From Mobula hypostoma (taxonomy: Eukaryota): a stretch of DNA of 64,000 nucleotides. The position numbers were made by a program, and so were the translations under genes. The stretch is from assembly GCF_963921235.1 (NCBI RefSeq), contig NC_086097.1:60266001-60330000 (forward strand). Reading direction: 5' to 3'. The notes beneath the pieces were generated by a model. It saw only the letters and a list, made by a program, of their open reading frames with translations. It did not search any database and was not told the DNA's origin. Positions 12,981 to 26,364 of this stretch are shown here, one piece after another (the first letter of the stretch is position 1; each line of letters begins with the position of its first letter).

Positions 12981-14443
12981 TAACAAGATCACAAGACAAA
13001 GAAGCAGAAGTAGGTCATTCGGTCCATCGAGTCTGCTCCACCACTCCACCGTGAGCTAAACTATTCTCCCATCTAGTTCCAATTTCTGGCTTTTTTTCCC
13101 ATATCCCTTGGTACCCTGACTAACTAGATACATATCAATCTCCTTCTTAAGCATCCTCAATGATCGGGCCCCCACAGCTGTACGTGACAACGAATTCTAT
13201 AGATCCACGACCCTCTGGCTAAAAAAAATTTCTCCTCATCTCTGTTTTAAATGGGTTCCCTCTAATTCTAAGACTGTAGCCTCTTGTCCTGGACTCACCC
13301 ACCAAGGGAAACAGCCTTTCCACATCTACTCTGTCCAACCCTTTCAACATTCAAAATGTTTCTATGAGATCCCCTCTCATTCTTCTATACTCTAATGAAC
13401 ACAGTCCAAGAGCCACCAAACGCACCTCATATGTTAGCCCCTACATTCCAGGAATCATCCTCGTAAATCTTCTCTGAACTCTCTCCAACTTAACTACATC
13501 TATTCTAAGATAGGGGGCCCAAAACTGCACACAGTATTCCAAATGAAGTCTCACCAGTGCATGGACACCTCCTTACTCTGATACACTATTTCTCTTGAAA
13601 TGAGTGCCAAGATATCATTCGCTTTCCTTACTGCCGATCGAACCTGGTGGTTAACCTTTAGGGTATCCTGCACGAGGACCCCCCAAGTCCCTTTGCACTT
13701 CCGATTTTTGAATTTTCTCCCCATCTAAATAATAATCTGCCCGATTATTTCTTCTTCCAAAATGTACAACCGTACATTTCTCAACATTTTATCTCATCTG
13801 CCATTTCTTTGCCCACTCTCCTAAACTGACCGAGTCTCTCTGCAACCTTTCCATTTCCTCAACACTTCCTGCTCCTCCACCTATCTTGGTGTCATCCACA
13901 AACCTAGCCACAAAACCATTTAATCCATATTCTAAATCATCGATATACATTATAAAAAGAAGCGGCCCCAACACCGACCCCTGTGGAACACCACTAGTAA
14001 CTGGCAACCAATCAGAATAGGATCCCTTTATTCCCACCCTTTGCTTTCTGCCTATCGGCCAATGCTCCACCCATTCCAATATCTTTCCTGTAATTCCATG
14101 GGCTCTCATCTTATTAAGCAGCCTCATATGCGGCACCTTATCGAAGACCTTTTGAAAATCCAAATAAACAACTTACACAGCCTCTCCCTTGTCAATCTTA
14201 TTTGAGATTATCTCAAAAAATTCCAATCGGTTTGTGAGACAGGATCTTCCCTTCATGAAACCATGCTGGCTTGGGCCTATCTTGTCATGCACCTCGAGGT
14301 ATTTCATAACCTCGTCCTTGAGGATCGACTCCAATAATTTTCCAACTACCGATGTCAGACTAATAGGTTCTGTAATTTTCTTTTTGCTGCCTCCCTCTTT
14401 TCTTAAACAGCGGAACTACATTTGCGACCTTCCAGTCCTCCTG
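12981..14443 (-). mobile_element. 5'-truncated CR1 LINE inserted in the Gypsy RNase H region
   Basis: ORF 13789-14163 contains DFQKVFDKVPH...GVPQGSVLGPLLF...FVDD; CR1 3' UTR at ~12985-13200. Gypsy sequence (EPSLP / LAC...YGIW) resumes on both sides. Confidence 0.92.
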
Positions 14444-15526
14444 ACTGGCATGTGGACTTATGGCATTTGGGCAGGGTTTTCACACACTGTGAAAAATGGA
14501 TCTAAACATCCAATTGCATTTGCTTCAAGATCACTGACAAGCGCAAAACACAACTACGTACAGATGGACTCCATGCTTCTGATTGCTGTGGATGTTCATT
14601 TGAAGTGGCCGGAGGTTATACCAATGAAGTTAGCTGCCTCAGCAAAGAATGTCTATGTACTGAGGACTATCTTCACCAGAACTGGCTTACCAGGACAAAT
14701 TGTGACTACCGACCAAAATACATGTCAGAAAAATTCCGACTGTTCATGAAGACAAATAGTATCAACCATTTCAAGTCAGTGCCTCACCACCCAGCAATGA
14801 ATGGGTTAGCTGAAAAGTTTATCCAAACATTCAAGAAATCTATTAAAGTTATGAAAAAGGAGGACATTTCTCTAGAACACAAGGTGGAAAAATTTCGTTT
14901 TTGTGTATTGGAACTCTGTTCATGCAATGACAAATGGAACACCTACAATGCTGTTCATGAGCAGGAATCTGAGATCTCGCTTACACCTCCTGAAAACAGA
15001 CCTGTGCAGAATAAACAGTTCAGCCAGTTTCCAAGTGAAGCAGCAAGGAGCTTCAATATTGGTCACAGTCTCCTAGTGCGTGACTACTGAGAAGACAAGC
15101 GGACATGCAGTAGGATAGCTACAAAAACTGAACCACTGATGTACACAGTGGATGTTGAAGATCATACATGGTGATGTCATGTGGACCAGATACTGGATAT
15201 TCAACTGACGAACGCACCTGAGTTGACTGCATCCAACAGGACAGACACATAACAGTCACTGGACTTACCTTTAAGTGATGATCATGTCACTCACAGCAAC
15301 ATGACACCAGCAACTGAGAACTTTGTTGTTGTCAAGACAGCGGCCAATCCTGATGCCACTCCACAGGTCTAGAGCCACTATCCTGAAAGAAGCAGAGCAC
15401 CACCCAAAAGACTGAGCCTTTAGGACTGTGAAGTTAGTTATGGACTGTTATTGTGATATCATGTTTATTTGAATATAGTTTGTGAAAGGGAAATTGAATG
15501 TTTTGTACATATATAGGGGGAGGAAG

Positions 15527-15703
15527 TGTAATATATGGCTCTATTTCTTTTCAAGCAATGACTCCCCTGAGCACTATGTATGATCTGTTGTCTATAAATG
15601 GGCATTGTTCTCTCTCTTTAGCTCCAATGTAAAATACAGCAGCTAAAGCCATGTCTCATGTGTGTGCTTTTATTTATTTGGTATGTGGTAGCAAGACACA
15701 ACA
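15527..15703 (+). repeat. 3' LTR
   Basis: Follows the polypurine tract, ends gcaagacacaaca like the 5' LTR, and is followed by the TSD. Confidence 0.9.
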
Positions 15704-15708
15704 AGAAT

Positions 15709-15960
15709 AGCCCTAGCTTGTTCTACCTATCTTCATAGACATGCTGTCTAATCAAGGCAGCATCCTGGTAAATCTCCTCTGCACCCACTTTAAAGTGTCT
15801 GCATTGTTCCTATGATGAGGCCACCAGAACTGAACACAATACTCCAAGTGTGGTCTAACCAGAGGTTTACAGAGCTGCAACATCATCTCATGCCTCTTGG
15901 ACTCAATCCCTTGACTAATGAAGGCCAACAATCTTTACATCTTCTTAAATGTGCTATCTG
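15709..15960 (-). mobile_element. CR1 fragment (right of the Gypsy insertion)
   Basis: ccagaactgaacacaatactccaagtgtggtctaacc is the reverse complement of [12 protein letters not shown]. Confidence 0.8.
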
Positions 15961-16589
15961 CTTTTCTTTTGCTTCCTTCCTCTTGTTTTATATGTATGGT
16001 TTTAATACTTCACAGTTTAGTCCATGAACAATCATTTCATTTTTAATTTAAAATAATTGGTATTTTCTTTCATTTAACAATAAATTAGATGCCCTAAGTA
16101 CCAGTATCTTTGACAACAGCAAGCTGTCAGACACCATCATGGTAGTCTGGAGGTTGGGGTTTCAGGCTGTCAGATGAGGACTGCTCCTCATCATGAAGAA
16201 CCAGATGGTGGAAGCCTCCAGGATGGCTCATGAGGAGATGTTCATGAAATCAATACGGGGCCAGAGTGCACGCATTGGATGGGTTTAAACATAACTCAGC
16301 CCATTTACAGTGGTCCAAGTGTTGCATTAAATCTATGACAGATGGTTTAATTTCCCATGTTACTTTTTGACAAAAGACTTCAAACCATTATATCTAATGA
16401 TATGCAAGTCAATTTACTATTTACGATCTTTTACGTAAAGGCCAATGAATTTGATTCAAAATTGCAATGGAAAACAAATACTTCTCTCAGCAGAGATCTA
16501 AAAGCAACCACCCAAGCATTAAAAGTGACCACTGGTTAAGTAATTGGTCTGCACTGAACAAATCCAAAATAATATTTCATTTCTATTTT

Positions 16590-19452
16590 ATTTTAATGCT
16601 AGGAGTATTATAAGAAAGGTAGATGAACCTAAAGCATGGATTGATACCTGGAAGTATAATGTAGTAGCTATTAGTGAAACATGGTTACAGGAGGAGTGTG
16701 TTTGGCAACTAAATATTCCTGGATTTAATTATTTCAGGTGTGATAGAATTGGAGGGACAAGAGGGGGAGGTGTAGCATTGCTTGTCAAAGAAAATCTTAC
16801 AGCGGTGCTCTGGCAGGACAGATTAGAGGGCTCTTCTAGGGAGGCTACTTGGGTGGAATTGAGGAATGGGAAAGGTGCAGTAAATCTTATGGGGGTGTAT
16901 TATAGACCACCAAGTGGGGAGCATGAATTGGAGGAGCAAATTTGTAATGAGATAACAAATATTTATAGTAAGCACAAGGTTGTGATTGTGGGAGATTTTA
17001 ATTTACCACACATAGACTGGGAAGCCCATACTGTAAAAGGGCTGGATGGTTTGGAGTTTGTAAAATGGGTGCAGGATAGTTTTTTGCAGCAATACATAGA
17101 GGTACCAACTAGAGAAGGGGCGGTGTTGGATCTCCTGTTAGGGAATGAGATAGGGCAGGTGACAGAGGTTTGTGTTGGGGAGCACTTTGGGTCCAATGAT
17201 CACAATGCTATTAGTTTCAATATAATTATGGAGAAGGATAGGTCTGGACCCAGGGTTGAAATTTTTGATTGGAGAAAGGCTAACCTTGAGGAGATGCGAA
17301 AAGATTTAGAAGGAGTGGATTGGGACAATTTGTTTTACGGGAAGAATGTAATAGAGAAATGGAGGTCATTTAAAGGTGAAATTCTGAGAGTACAGAATCT
17401 TTATGTTCTTGTTAGGTTGAAAGGAAAGGTTAAAATTTTGAGAGAGCTATGGTTTTCAAGGGATATTGGAAACTTGGTTCGGAAAAAGAGAGTTATCTAC
17501 AATAAATATAGGCAGCATGGAGTAAATAAGTTGCTCGAGGAATATAAAGAATGCAAAAATAATCTTAAGAAAGAAATTAGAAAAGCTAAAAGAAGATATG
17601 AGGGTGCTCTGGCAAGTAAGGTGAAAATAAATCCCAAGGGTTTCTACCGTTATAGAAATAGCAAAAGGATTCTGAGGGAAAAAAATTGGTCCCTTAGAGA
17701 ATCAGAGTGGACAGCTATGTGTGGAGCCAAAAGAGATGAGGGAGATTCTGAACAATTTCTTTTCTTCGGTATTCACTAAGGAGAAGGATATTGAATTGTA
17801 TAAGATAAGGGAAACAGGTAGGGATGTTATGGAAACTATAAGGATTAAAGAAGAGGAAGTACTGGAGCTTTTAAGGAATATAAAAGTGGATAAGTCTCCG
17901 GGTCCTGACAGGATATTCCCTAGGACCTTGAGGGAAGTTAGTGTGGAAATAGCAGGGGCTCTGACAGAAATATTTCAAATGTCATTAGATACGAGGATGG
18001 TGCTGGAGGATTGGCGTATTGCTCATGTGGTTCCATTGTTTAAAAAGGGTTCTAAGAGTAAACCTAGCAATTATCAGCCTGTGAGTTTGACATCAGTGGT
18101 GGGTAAATTGATGGATAGTATTCTTAGAGATGGTATATATAATTATCTGGATAGACAGGGTCTGATTAGAAACAGTCAACATGGATTTGTGCGTGGAAGG
18201 TCATGTTTGTCAAATCTTATTGAATTTTTTGAAGAGGATAGTAGGAAAGTTGACGAGGGTAAAGTGGTGGATGTTGTCTATATGGACTTCAGTAAGGCCT
18301 TTGACAAGGTTCCACACAGAAGGTTCAATCGTTAGGTATTAATATTGAAGTAGTAAAATGGATTCAGCAGTGGCTGGATGGAAGACGCCAGAGAGCAGTT
18401 GTTGATAGCTGTTTGTCAGATTGGAGGCCAGTGATTAGTGGTGTGCTTCAGGGATCTGCACTGGGTCCAATGATATTTGTCATATACATTAATGATCTGG
18501 ATGATGGGGTGGTAGATTGGATGAGTAAGTATGCAGATGATACTAAGATAGGTGGATTTGTGGATAATGAAGTAGGTTTTCAAAGCTTGCAGAGAGATTT
18601 AGGCCTGTTAGACGAGAGGGCTGAAAGATGGCAGATGGAGTTTAATGCTGATAAAAGTGAGGCGCTACATCTTGGTAGGATTAATCAAAATAGGACATAC
18701 ATGGTACATGGTAGGGCATTGAAGAATGCAGTAGAACAGAGGGATCTAGGAATAATGGTGCATAGTTCCCTGAAGTTGCAATCTCATGTGGATAGGGTGA
18801 TGAAGAAAGCTTTTGGTATGCTGGCCTTTATAAATCAGAGCATTGAGTATAGAAGTTGGGATGTAATGTTGAAATTGTACAAGGCATTGGTGAGGCCAAA
18901 TTTGAAGTACTGTGTACGGTTTTGGTCACCGAATTATAGGAAAGATGCCAACAAAATAGAGAGAGTACAGAGAAGGTTTACTAGAATGTTACCTAGATTT
19001 CATCACCTAAGATACAGAGAAAGGTTGAACAAATTGGGTCTTTATTCTTTGGAACGTAGAAGGTTGAGGGGGGACTTGATAGAGGTATTTAAAATTATGA
19101 GGGGGATAGATAGAGTTGACATGGATAGGCTTTTTCCATTGAGAGTGGGGGAGATTCAAACAAGAGGACATGAGTTGAGAGTTAAAGGGCAAAAGTTTAG
19201 GGGTAACATGAGGGGGAGCTTCTTTAATCAGAGAGTGGTAGCTGTGTGGAACAAGCTTCCAGCAGAAGTGGTTGAGGCAGGTTCGATGTTGTCGTTTAAA
19301 GTTAAATTGGACAGCTATATGTACAGGAAACGGATGGAGGGTTATGGCCTGAGTGCAGGTTGGTGGGACTAGGTGAGAGTAAGAGTTTGGCATGAACTAG
19401 AAGGGCCAAGATGGCCTGTTTCCATGCTGTAATTGTTATATGGCTATATGGT
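16590..19452 (+). mobile_element. CR1 LINE, nearly complete ORF2 (APE + RT) with frameshifts, plus 3' UTR
   Basis: ORFs 16544-17779 (YFNARSI, VAISETWL, YYRPP, GDFN, NDHN), 17721-18335 (KSPGPD, DFSKAFDKVPH) and 18413-19372 (QGSALGP, YADD, LERRRLRGDLI). Frameshifts near 17680 and 18320; ORF1 is absent. Confidence 0.97.
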
Positions 19453-19540
19453 GAATATTTAACTGAGATGTTTCAATATGGAAGTAAGTATCCTGAACAA
19501 ACAAGGCCAATGCTTTAGACATAGGCAGCACCTAGCTAGT

Positions 19541-19633
19541 GTAAACACGAAGAAATCTGCAGATGCTGGAATTTCAAGCAACGGCCTCTTCTACCGTCAA
19601 GATGAAGCCACACCCAGGTTGGAGGAACAACAC
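19541..19633. mobile_element. Tiny chimeric Penelope-like remnant
   Basis: The inverted terminal tail (aaacacgaagaaatctgcagatgctggaatttcaagcaac) is joined directly to GIY-YIG coding sequence (GLFYRQDEATPRLEEQH). Confidence 0.75.
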
Positions 19634-19850
19634 CATTTTAGAATGGATCTTGAATTACTCGTCAAGAAGGAAGAAATATCACTCATAAGTATTGCAATAT
19701 TCTGACACATGTGACTGAATCTTTTTACAAACAGCATGTAACTGAATCTTTTTACAAACAGCAGTGCTGAAATCCTTCAAGTATGTGTACAGCGACAGAT
19801 TGTTGGCCAGAAAGAGCTACAATCTACAAACCAGGGAATAGGAATGAGGT

Positions 19851-20668
19851 AGAATCACAAACACAATATAATCTACAGATGCTGGAAATCTAAGCAACAC
19901 ACACAAAATGCTGGAGGAGCTCAGCAGGTCAGGCAGCATCTACGGAAAAGAGTAAACAGTTGATATTTCAGGCCAAGATCCTCATCAGGACTTGAAAAAA
20001 AGATGGCAAATAAGAGTAAGAAGATGGCAGAAAGGAGTAAGTAGTACAAGGTGGTAGATGATAGGTGAAACTGGGTGAAGGGTAGGGATAAAGTAAATAG
20101 CTGGGAAGTTGATAGGTGAAAGAGATAAAGGGCTGGAGTTGGGGGGAATTTGAGGAGTGTATAGAAGGCCAAGGCCTCCTGTTACTGCCACGATGAGGCC
20201 ACACCCAGGTTAGAGAAGCAATGCCTTATATTCAGTCTCAGTAGCTTCCAACCTGATGGCATGAACATCAATTTCTCTAACTTCTGGTAATTGCCCTTCT
20301 CTTTCACCATTCCCTATTTCTGTTTCTCTCTCTCACATTATCTCCTTATCTGCCCATCAACTCCCTCTGTTGCTTCTCCTCCATCGCTTTCTTCCATGGT
20401 CTTCTATCCTCTCATTTCATATGACCCTCCTCCAATCCCTTACCTCTTTCACCAATCAACTTCCCAGCTCTTTACTTCATCATTCCCCTTGTCCTGGTTT
20501 CATCTATCACTTGCCACTTCTTCCTCCTTTCCCCCACCTCCTTACTCTGACTTTTCATCTTTTTTTCCAGTCCTGATGAAAGGTCCTGGCATGAAACATC
20601 GACAGTTTACACTTTTCCATAGATGCTGCCTGGCCTGCTGTGCTCCTCCAGCATTTTGTGTGTTTTGT
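19851..20668. mobile_element. Inverted-repeat Penelope-like element, older subfamily
   Basis: Minus arm ~19855-20170 and plus arm ~20170-20665. Flanked by aataggaatgaggt (19837-19850) and aacaggaatgaggt (20669-20682). Confidence 0.85.
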
Positions 20669-23639
20669 AACAGGAATGAGGTGAGGGCGGTGGAAGAAGC
20701 CCTAAAACAAGTCTTTATTCTTGCCATTTAGCAGCAGGAATGGAGGTGACCATTTTGTGAGACTGTCCTTGCAGCTGCCATTTTGTGAACTTTTTGGGGA
20801 ACTGGTTCTTTCTCTGAGATAACTTAATCAAAGCAATTGCACTCAGCTACAAGGAGTTTCCACTAATAATCTGCTAAACCTGAAACCATACTCAGATAAG
20901 AAGCAGTTTATTCTGTGAAATGGCAGAAGGAACAGCTGTGCCCAGTGTTTGGCTTATCTGGTTAGACAGGTTTGAAGCAGTCTGAATGGACACAAGAAAA
21001 TAAGTCACTTAAGGCACGAGGCTAAAAGAAAGAGCCATAAAGCTATACTGTTTGTAGCCTTGGGCTGCTTTAATGAGAAGCTAACACAAGTCAGTTAGAT
21101 AACCTTGAGCCAACAAAACTGAAAAAGCATACATTGATCTGATAAGGAAAAGATTAAAAATGGAGGATTTGGGAGCACAGGAAGTGACAACTCTCTAGAG
21201 ATTACATCAGGATCAAGAAGATTGCTTGGCCAGTGTGGACTCTTTTTACTGAGTATTAGCTTTTTCCTTCTTTACTGCTCACAGAAGATCAGGAAACCTA
21301 GTGGTGTATACACAGGTATTCAGTTGTGTAAATTCATGTGCTTGTGAACTGAGCTAATAAAGGTGCTTTTGACTAAATAGAGATTCTCTCTGTGCCTAAC
21401 TGATCATTATTATTAAGTTAATCCTTGTAACAAAATACTTTCTATTTTACTACATAGTAGCAATATAGTTCCATCAAACATTAATCAGCAATTTTGTTGC
21501 ATTTTATATTCATCATAATTATGATGACTTATGAATTACTAATTATTACTCAAGATGTTTTATTTCTTCACACAAAGATAAAGGCTAAACATTTTATTAG
21601 TTTGAATACTTAAGTAAAATAGCAAAGCGGAGGAAGTAAAGAGTAAGTAATTTTTATAAAATCTGGATATCGTTCAGGGGTATCAAAGAAGTGTTTAATG
21701 TCTCTACCAGAAATAGAAACCATTAAAATGGAGGCCTGCAATACATGCATTCTCTGTGAAACATTGTGAGCAAGGGATTGAACATACTCACAAACACAAG
21801 CTCTCAGCACAGTATCACTGTTTATTCCAAGAACCTCTTCAGGATAATCCTGCAAGCCTCTCTAGACAATTGCTGCAACCAAGGGAACAGTCAATCACAT
21901 GTCCCATATTTAACGAGATAATAGCCTTAAAGCCACAGTTAGCCTTTTAACAGGCCAAATATATTGCACTACTCTCCACTTAGAAGAAATAAACAGGACA
22001 CTCTTTACATTAATGCAAAACATTTAACTACATCATGGACATTCAGATTGTTGGATGTGATGGTATTGGGTCTATTGACCGTGCAGTTCTGAACTCAAAC
22101 CTTAAGCCCTAACCAAAATAGATAGCTATGGGTGCCCTTACAGATGGGAGACTATATAGAAACTACCTAATCTTCAAAAGCTGGTTCACTCCCCTGTTTA
22201 TCCTCCATAGCAAGTTTAGAATTCAATACCCACTATTTGAGCAGTGGGTCTCCCATCCCCTACAAAGGAGCAGGTACTTCCAGCTAACAACATAGTTTAA
22301 ACACAGTTCATTTATTTTCAGTGATACATATTTAAATTGAAACAGTCTTAAAACACATTTAAAAATCAGAAGATTTCTACCCTATGAAAATAACTTCCAA
22401 ATTACAAATCATTTCAAAAACAAAGGATTTCCAAAACACAGATGCAATTCCTATAAACGGAAAAGACGTACCATTGAGTCTCAGATGAATGCATCATCCA
22501 TTGCAGTAATCGAAGGCAGAGGAATAGGTTTTATTTCATGAGTATTTCTGTCATTTTTCTTGATGTTCCTGGCCAATCCTAAAGAACCTGAACTGCTCTC
22601 TAAATTGATATCATCTTTTTGCCACATGGGTGACTTCACAAACATGTGATATTCTTTCAGATACCTTTTAAGATAAACTGTCTTCTGGAGACAGAGTTCT
22701 CAGGTACCCACAATTAATGCTGTGAAGTTGACTCCATGAGTAAATCTTTTAAATATTAACAGGTCAGCTTTTGATATGCTAAACAATAACATCAATCTGA
22801 TCTGCAAGATTCCTTCCACTAAATAATTAAGCCAGTGTTGTCTATTTTAAAAACAAGCCAAATTAGATAGCCCATTGCCTTACACTGCATTTTTGGGCAC
22901 TTGGGACATGAGCTGCTGGGCCAGCAAGTCTCTGGCTCTGTAGACAATGTTTGTTTACAAAGTTGTCTCTTTTAACTCCAAGTGCTTGTCATTTACCTTA
23001 AGAACTGAAGACTGGCTTTTTGTTAACAAGGAATATTAGTTGTAAATTTAACTTGCTCAAAAAAACAACACTTTGACCTTTACAAACTCACAGCTGCTGT
23101 GTTTAGAAACCCGAGCTTGGCAAAAAAAAACAAGGCACCCTGGCCCAGGACAGTGAATATGTATCTCACAGATATCTCTGTGATGATGCTGATCTGTCTT
23201 TGATCTGCCCTGGATGTCAGATGGTTATTTTTGCGGGTATTAGCCCACAACAATAATAATCAGTTTGGTACAGAGAAATCTGATTTACTGACAAAAACCT
23301 TTATTGAATCAATTAACATGCATGTCAATTATACAGAATTAAATACCTATGTGCAGACCCAATAGGTTTTCATGACAATCCCTGAACATATAAAGAATAT
23401 AAAAGGTAAAACCTGGGAAAAGAAGTTTATACTTGATCTCAGTGTACTTTCCATGTTTTTGATATGGGGTCACCCACATCTGCATTGTTTGCTCTCTAGG
23501 TTTGTCACAGCCTGTGTGAAATCCCCAGTTCTTACCCTTTTCCATAATAGATCAATCTATTATGTTTTAATTTGGTTGGCTCAACCTCATCTGATTGAAC
23601 TGTGTCAGCTTATTGGATCTGGCCCAAGGCTACCAGAAA

Positions 23640-24975
23640 AGATTCAAGATTCAACGATTCAAAGATTCAAATTACATTTATTATCAAAGTACTGTATGTA
23701 TAAATTGTACAGCTTTGAGATTTGTCTGCTTACAGGCAGCCACAAAGCAAGAAATTCGAAAGAAGCCAACTAAAAAAAAATGAAGACCAACACCCAATGC
23801 ACAGCAAAAGAGGGAAAAACACAAATCATGCGAACAATAGAAATAGGCGATAGCACTCCGAACCAAGTTAAGTCCATAGACCTAAATTCCCAGAGCAACC
23901 GCAGTAGGCCGAAAGCCTCGAGCTTAAGTTCATCATATAGTGGGGCAAGCTGCCGTGAAGCTTGCAGACATGAAGCCTGTAGCAGTGGAAGCAGACTCAC
24001 GGCCTCAGTGCCATGGAGAGAGGAGTGTACTTTGCTGGAGAATGAGCAACAGCAGCCCGACCGTCACTTCCGGTCCTGGCACCCTGCCTTTCCAGCCTAC
24101 CTGGGCCAGCATTTAAATTATTCAAACACCAGGTTGTGCCCTTCCAGGCCCCAGTGCAGGGCCTAGACTTCATTGCCCAGCCCAAAGCCATTCTCAACCT
24201 CTCCAACAGGGCTCGGCACTCAGAGTAATCCAACTTCGCACCCAGTTTAGGCGGACGGGAATCAAAACTTCTCTGCCTCAACTCCTTTTTGAATCATTCA
24301 CTTCAACTCCATCTCCTTCTCTGAAACTGTATTGGACACATTGTGCCCTGACTTTGCAATGCATTAGGACAACTTATACCTCGAGTAACCTCCACCTCCA
24401 CTCACCTCTTCATTGTTTGCAGTGACAGTATACCACAATTTACCTCATAAGAAGTGTTATTTTGGAATTTAGAAGATTGAAGGGGGATCTAATTGAAACC
24501 TATAAAATTCTAAAGGGATTGGACAGACTAGATGCAGGGAGATTGTTCCCGATGTTGGGGAAGTACAGAATGAGGGGTCACAGTTTGAGGATAAAGGGGA
24601 AGCCTTTTAGGACCGAAATGAGGAAAAACTTCTTCACACAGAGAGTGGTGAATCTGTGGAATTCTCTGCCACAGGAAACAGTTGAGGCCAGTTCATTGGC
24701 TATATTTAAGAGCGAGTTAGATAAGGCCCTTGTGGCTAAAGGGATCAGGGGGTATGAAGAAAAGGTAGGTATAGGGTTCTGAGTTGGATGATCACCCATG
24801 ATCATACTGAATGGCGGTGCAGGCTCGAAGGGCCGAATGGCCTACTCCTGCACCTGTTTTCTATGTTTCTATGTTTCTATGTTATTAATTATGTCTTTAG
24901 TTGTATTTTGTATCTTCTGAATAATCAGTAAGCTGTCACACAACTCCTGTAGTATTAGTTTATGACTCTTCCCCC
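23640..24975 (-). mobile_element. Non-autonomous retroposon with LINE-like 3' end, interrupted by CR1
   Basis: (AAGATTC)n tail plus catttattatcaaagta at 23640-23700, shared with 55650-55720 and 46430-46500; GC-richer body. The right boundary is approximate. Confidence 0.5.
24462..24880 (+). mobile_element. CR1 3' fragment with (TTTCTATG)n tail
   Basis: EFRRLKGDLIETYKILKG...FFTQRVVNLWNSLP; possible TSD tgttatt at 24455-24461 and 24880-24886. Confidence 0.92.
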
Positions 24976-26154
24976 CAGAGTTGTGCGTGAGGCAACTTTC
25001 TTTGTTCTTTCTGACTCAGACTGGTTCAAACTAATCCAGTCATGACAGCTGAATACTGGGCCAAGGCCTCTACAGATCACAGGCGGTTCTTTCTAAAAGC
25101 TTGCCATTTTTACATATCTGAATAAACAGATTCTTATTTGAAAATGGTCTCAGGTTTAGCAGGTCATCAGCCAGAAACTTATTGTTCCCACGTTTAATCT
25201 CTCTGATTGAGCTATCTCTGAGTAAAAAGCTGTTCACCAAATGTTGACAAAATGGTAGCCACAAGGACACTCTCACAAAAGGGCAGCCTCATTTCTTTGA
25301 CCACATGGCAAGAACAAAAACATTTGCTTTGCAAGCTTCCACTGCCCTTGCCTCATTCCTGTTTTGCAGATTTTAGTTCTTTCTAGCCACTTTGGGGTCT
25401 CTTCTGCCATTTCCTCTGTAGTGAGCATATCATGGACCAGAATGACTGGATGTGAACCTGACTCTCCTCAGAAATCTGTGGTGTAGCTGTGGAGTAGGCA
25501 GCAGGAGCAGACTCTAAATTCTAGCTCTATCCATTATCGTGTCAGTAATATGCTGGAGAAAAAACGTGCACATCTTTCTTGCTCTACCCCTGAACTCATC
25601 ATACAGTCTGGGGCTTCGGTAAATTACTGAGCTGAGGGTCCGGTACATTTCTCATTCAGCCCCTCAGTTTAAGCAATAACTGATGCATGTAGCCTGGCCT
25701 CACTCATTCAAAGGAGGTCACTTGCAAACTAAAGGTAAGGTAGATCGTTGTTTGAGCTTAATTTTCATTATTTCAATTTTTATGTTGTAATTAATAAATA
25801 AATTCCATTAGTTATTAAATAAATAGATCATGTCTTTTAAAATATTAAATAAACATCAAATATCATCCAGTAAAGGCAAAGGAGATAGTGATGGTCCAAT
25901 AAGCAATTGAGCAAAAGTACTGAACTGGAAGTGTAAAATAAATATCTTCATCTTCCTTCACATCACCCATGGGAAATAGCAATTAATAAGCAAATTATAC
26001 ATAATAAATAATATTCTCTCTATCTATTGCAAATGGTGAAACTAAGAAATTAACTTTGTATCCTTCATTTTCTATATTTGCACATAAGAAATAAATCAAC
26101 CCTAACTGATTTCAGTTTGGATGATAACATATAAAATAGAATAATTTGAGACCA

Positions 26155-26364
26155 GGCAACACACATAAAAGTTGCTGGTGAACGCAGCAGGCCAGGCAGC
26201 ATCTCTAGGAAGAGGTACAGTCGACGTTTCAGGCCGAGACCCGTGACGAAGGGTCTCGGCCTGAAACGTCGACTTACCTCTTCCTAGAGATGCTGCCTGG
26301 CCTGCTGCGTTCACCAGCAACTTTTATGTGTGTTGCTTGAATTTCCAGCATCTGCAGAATTCCT
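26155..26364. mobile_element. 210-bp palindromic Penelope-derived mini-element
   Basis: Inverted arms 26156-26242 and 26251-26336 (one 1-nt indel), tail 26337-26364, perfect TSD ataatttgagacca at 26141-26154 and 26365-26378. Confidence 0.95.

Larger units (their letters stand above)
10593..15703 (+). mobile_element. Gypsy (Ty3) LTR retrotransposon, decayed, with both LTRs and 5-bp TSD
   Basis: LTRs TGTAAT...CACAACA at 10593-10785 and 15527-15703; TSD AGAAT at 10588-10592 and 15704-15708. PBS-like tggcaataag follows the 5' LTR and the PPT agggggaggaag precedes the 3' LTR. Coding remnants: gag with CCHC-like knuckles (~11525-11635), protease LDTGSA (~11840), RT FGVTTAPEIWQRAMDQVL...HLDDII, integrase LIAVDVHLKWPEV and HPAMNGLAEKFIQTFKK. 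Confidence 0.95.

Noticed and set aside
14189..14749. 186-aa ORF
   Set aside because: A fusion of antisense CR1 and Gypsy RNase H/integrase remnants across an insertion junction, not a gene.
22472..22684. Minus-strand open stretch KTVYLKRYLKEYHMFVKSPMWQ...DDAFI* between plausible splice sites
   Set aside because: The stop precedes the donor, no homology is recognised, and it overlaps an alternative plus-strand candidate; it cannot be distinguished from chance.
23175..23285. GTGATGA...CTGA resembling a box C/D snoRNA
   Set aside because: No terminal stem in the right position and no recognisable guide sequence.
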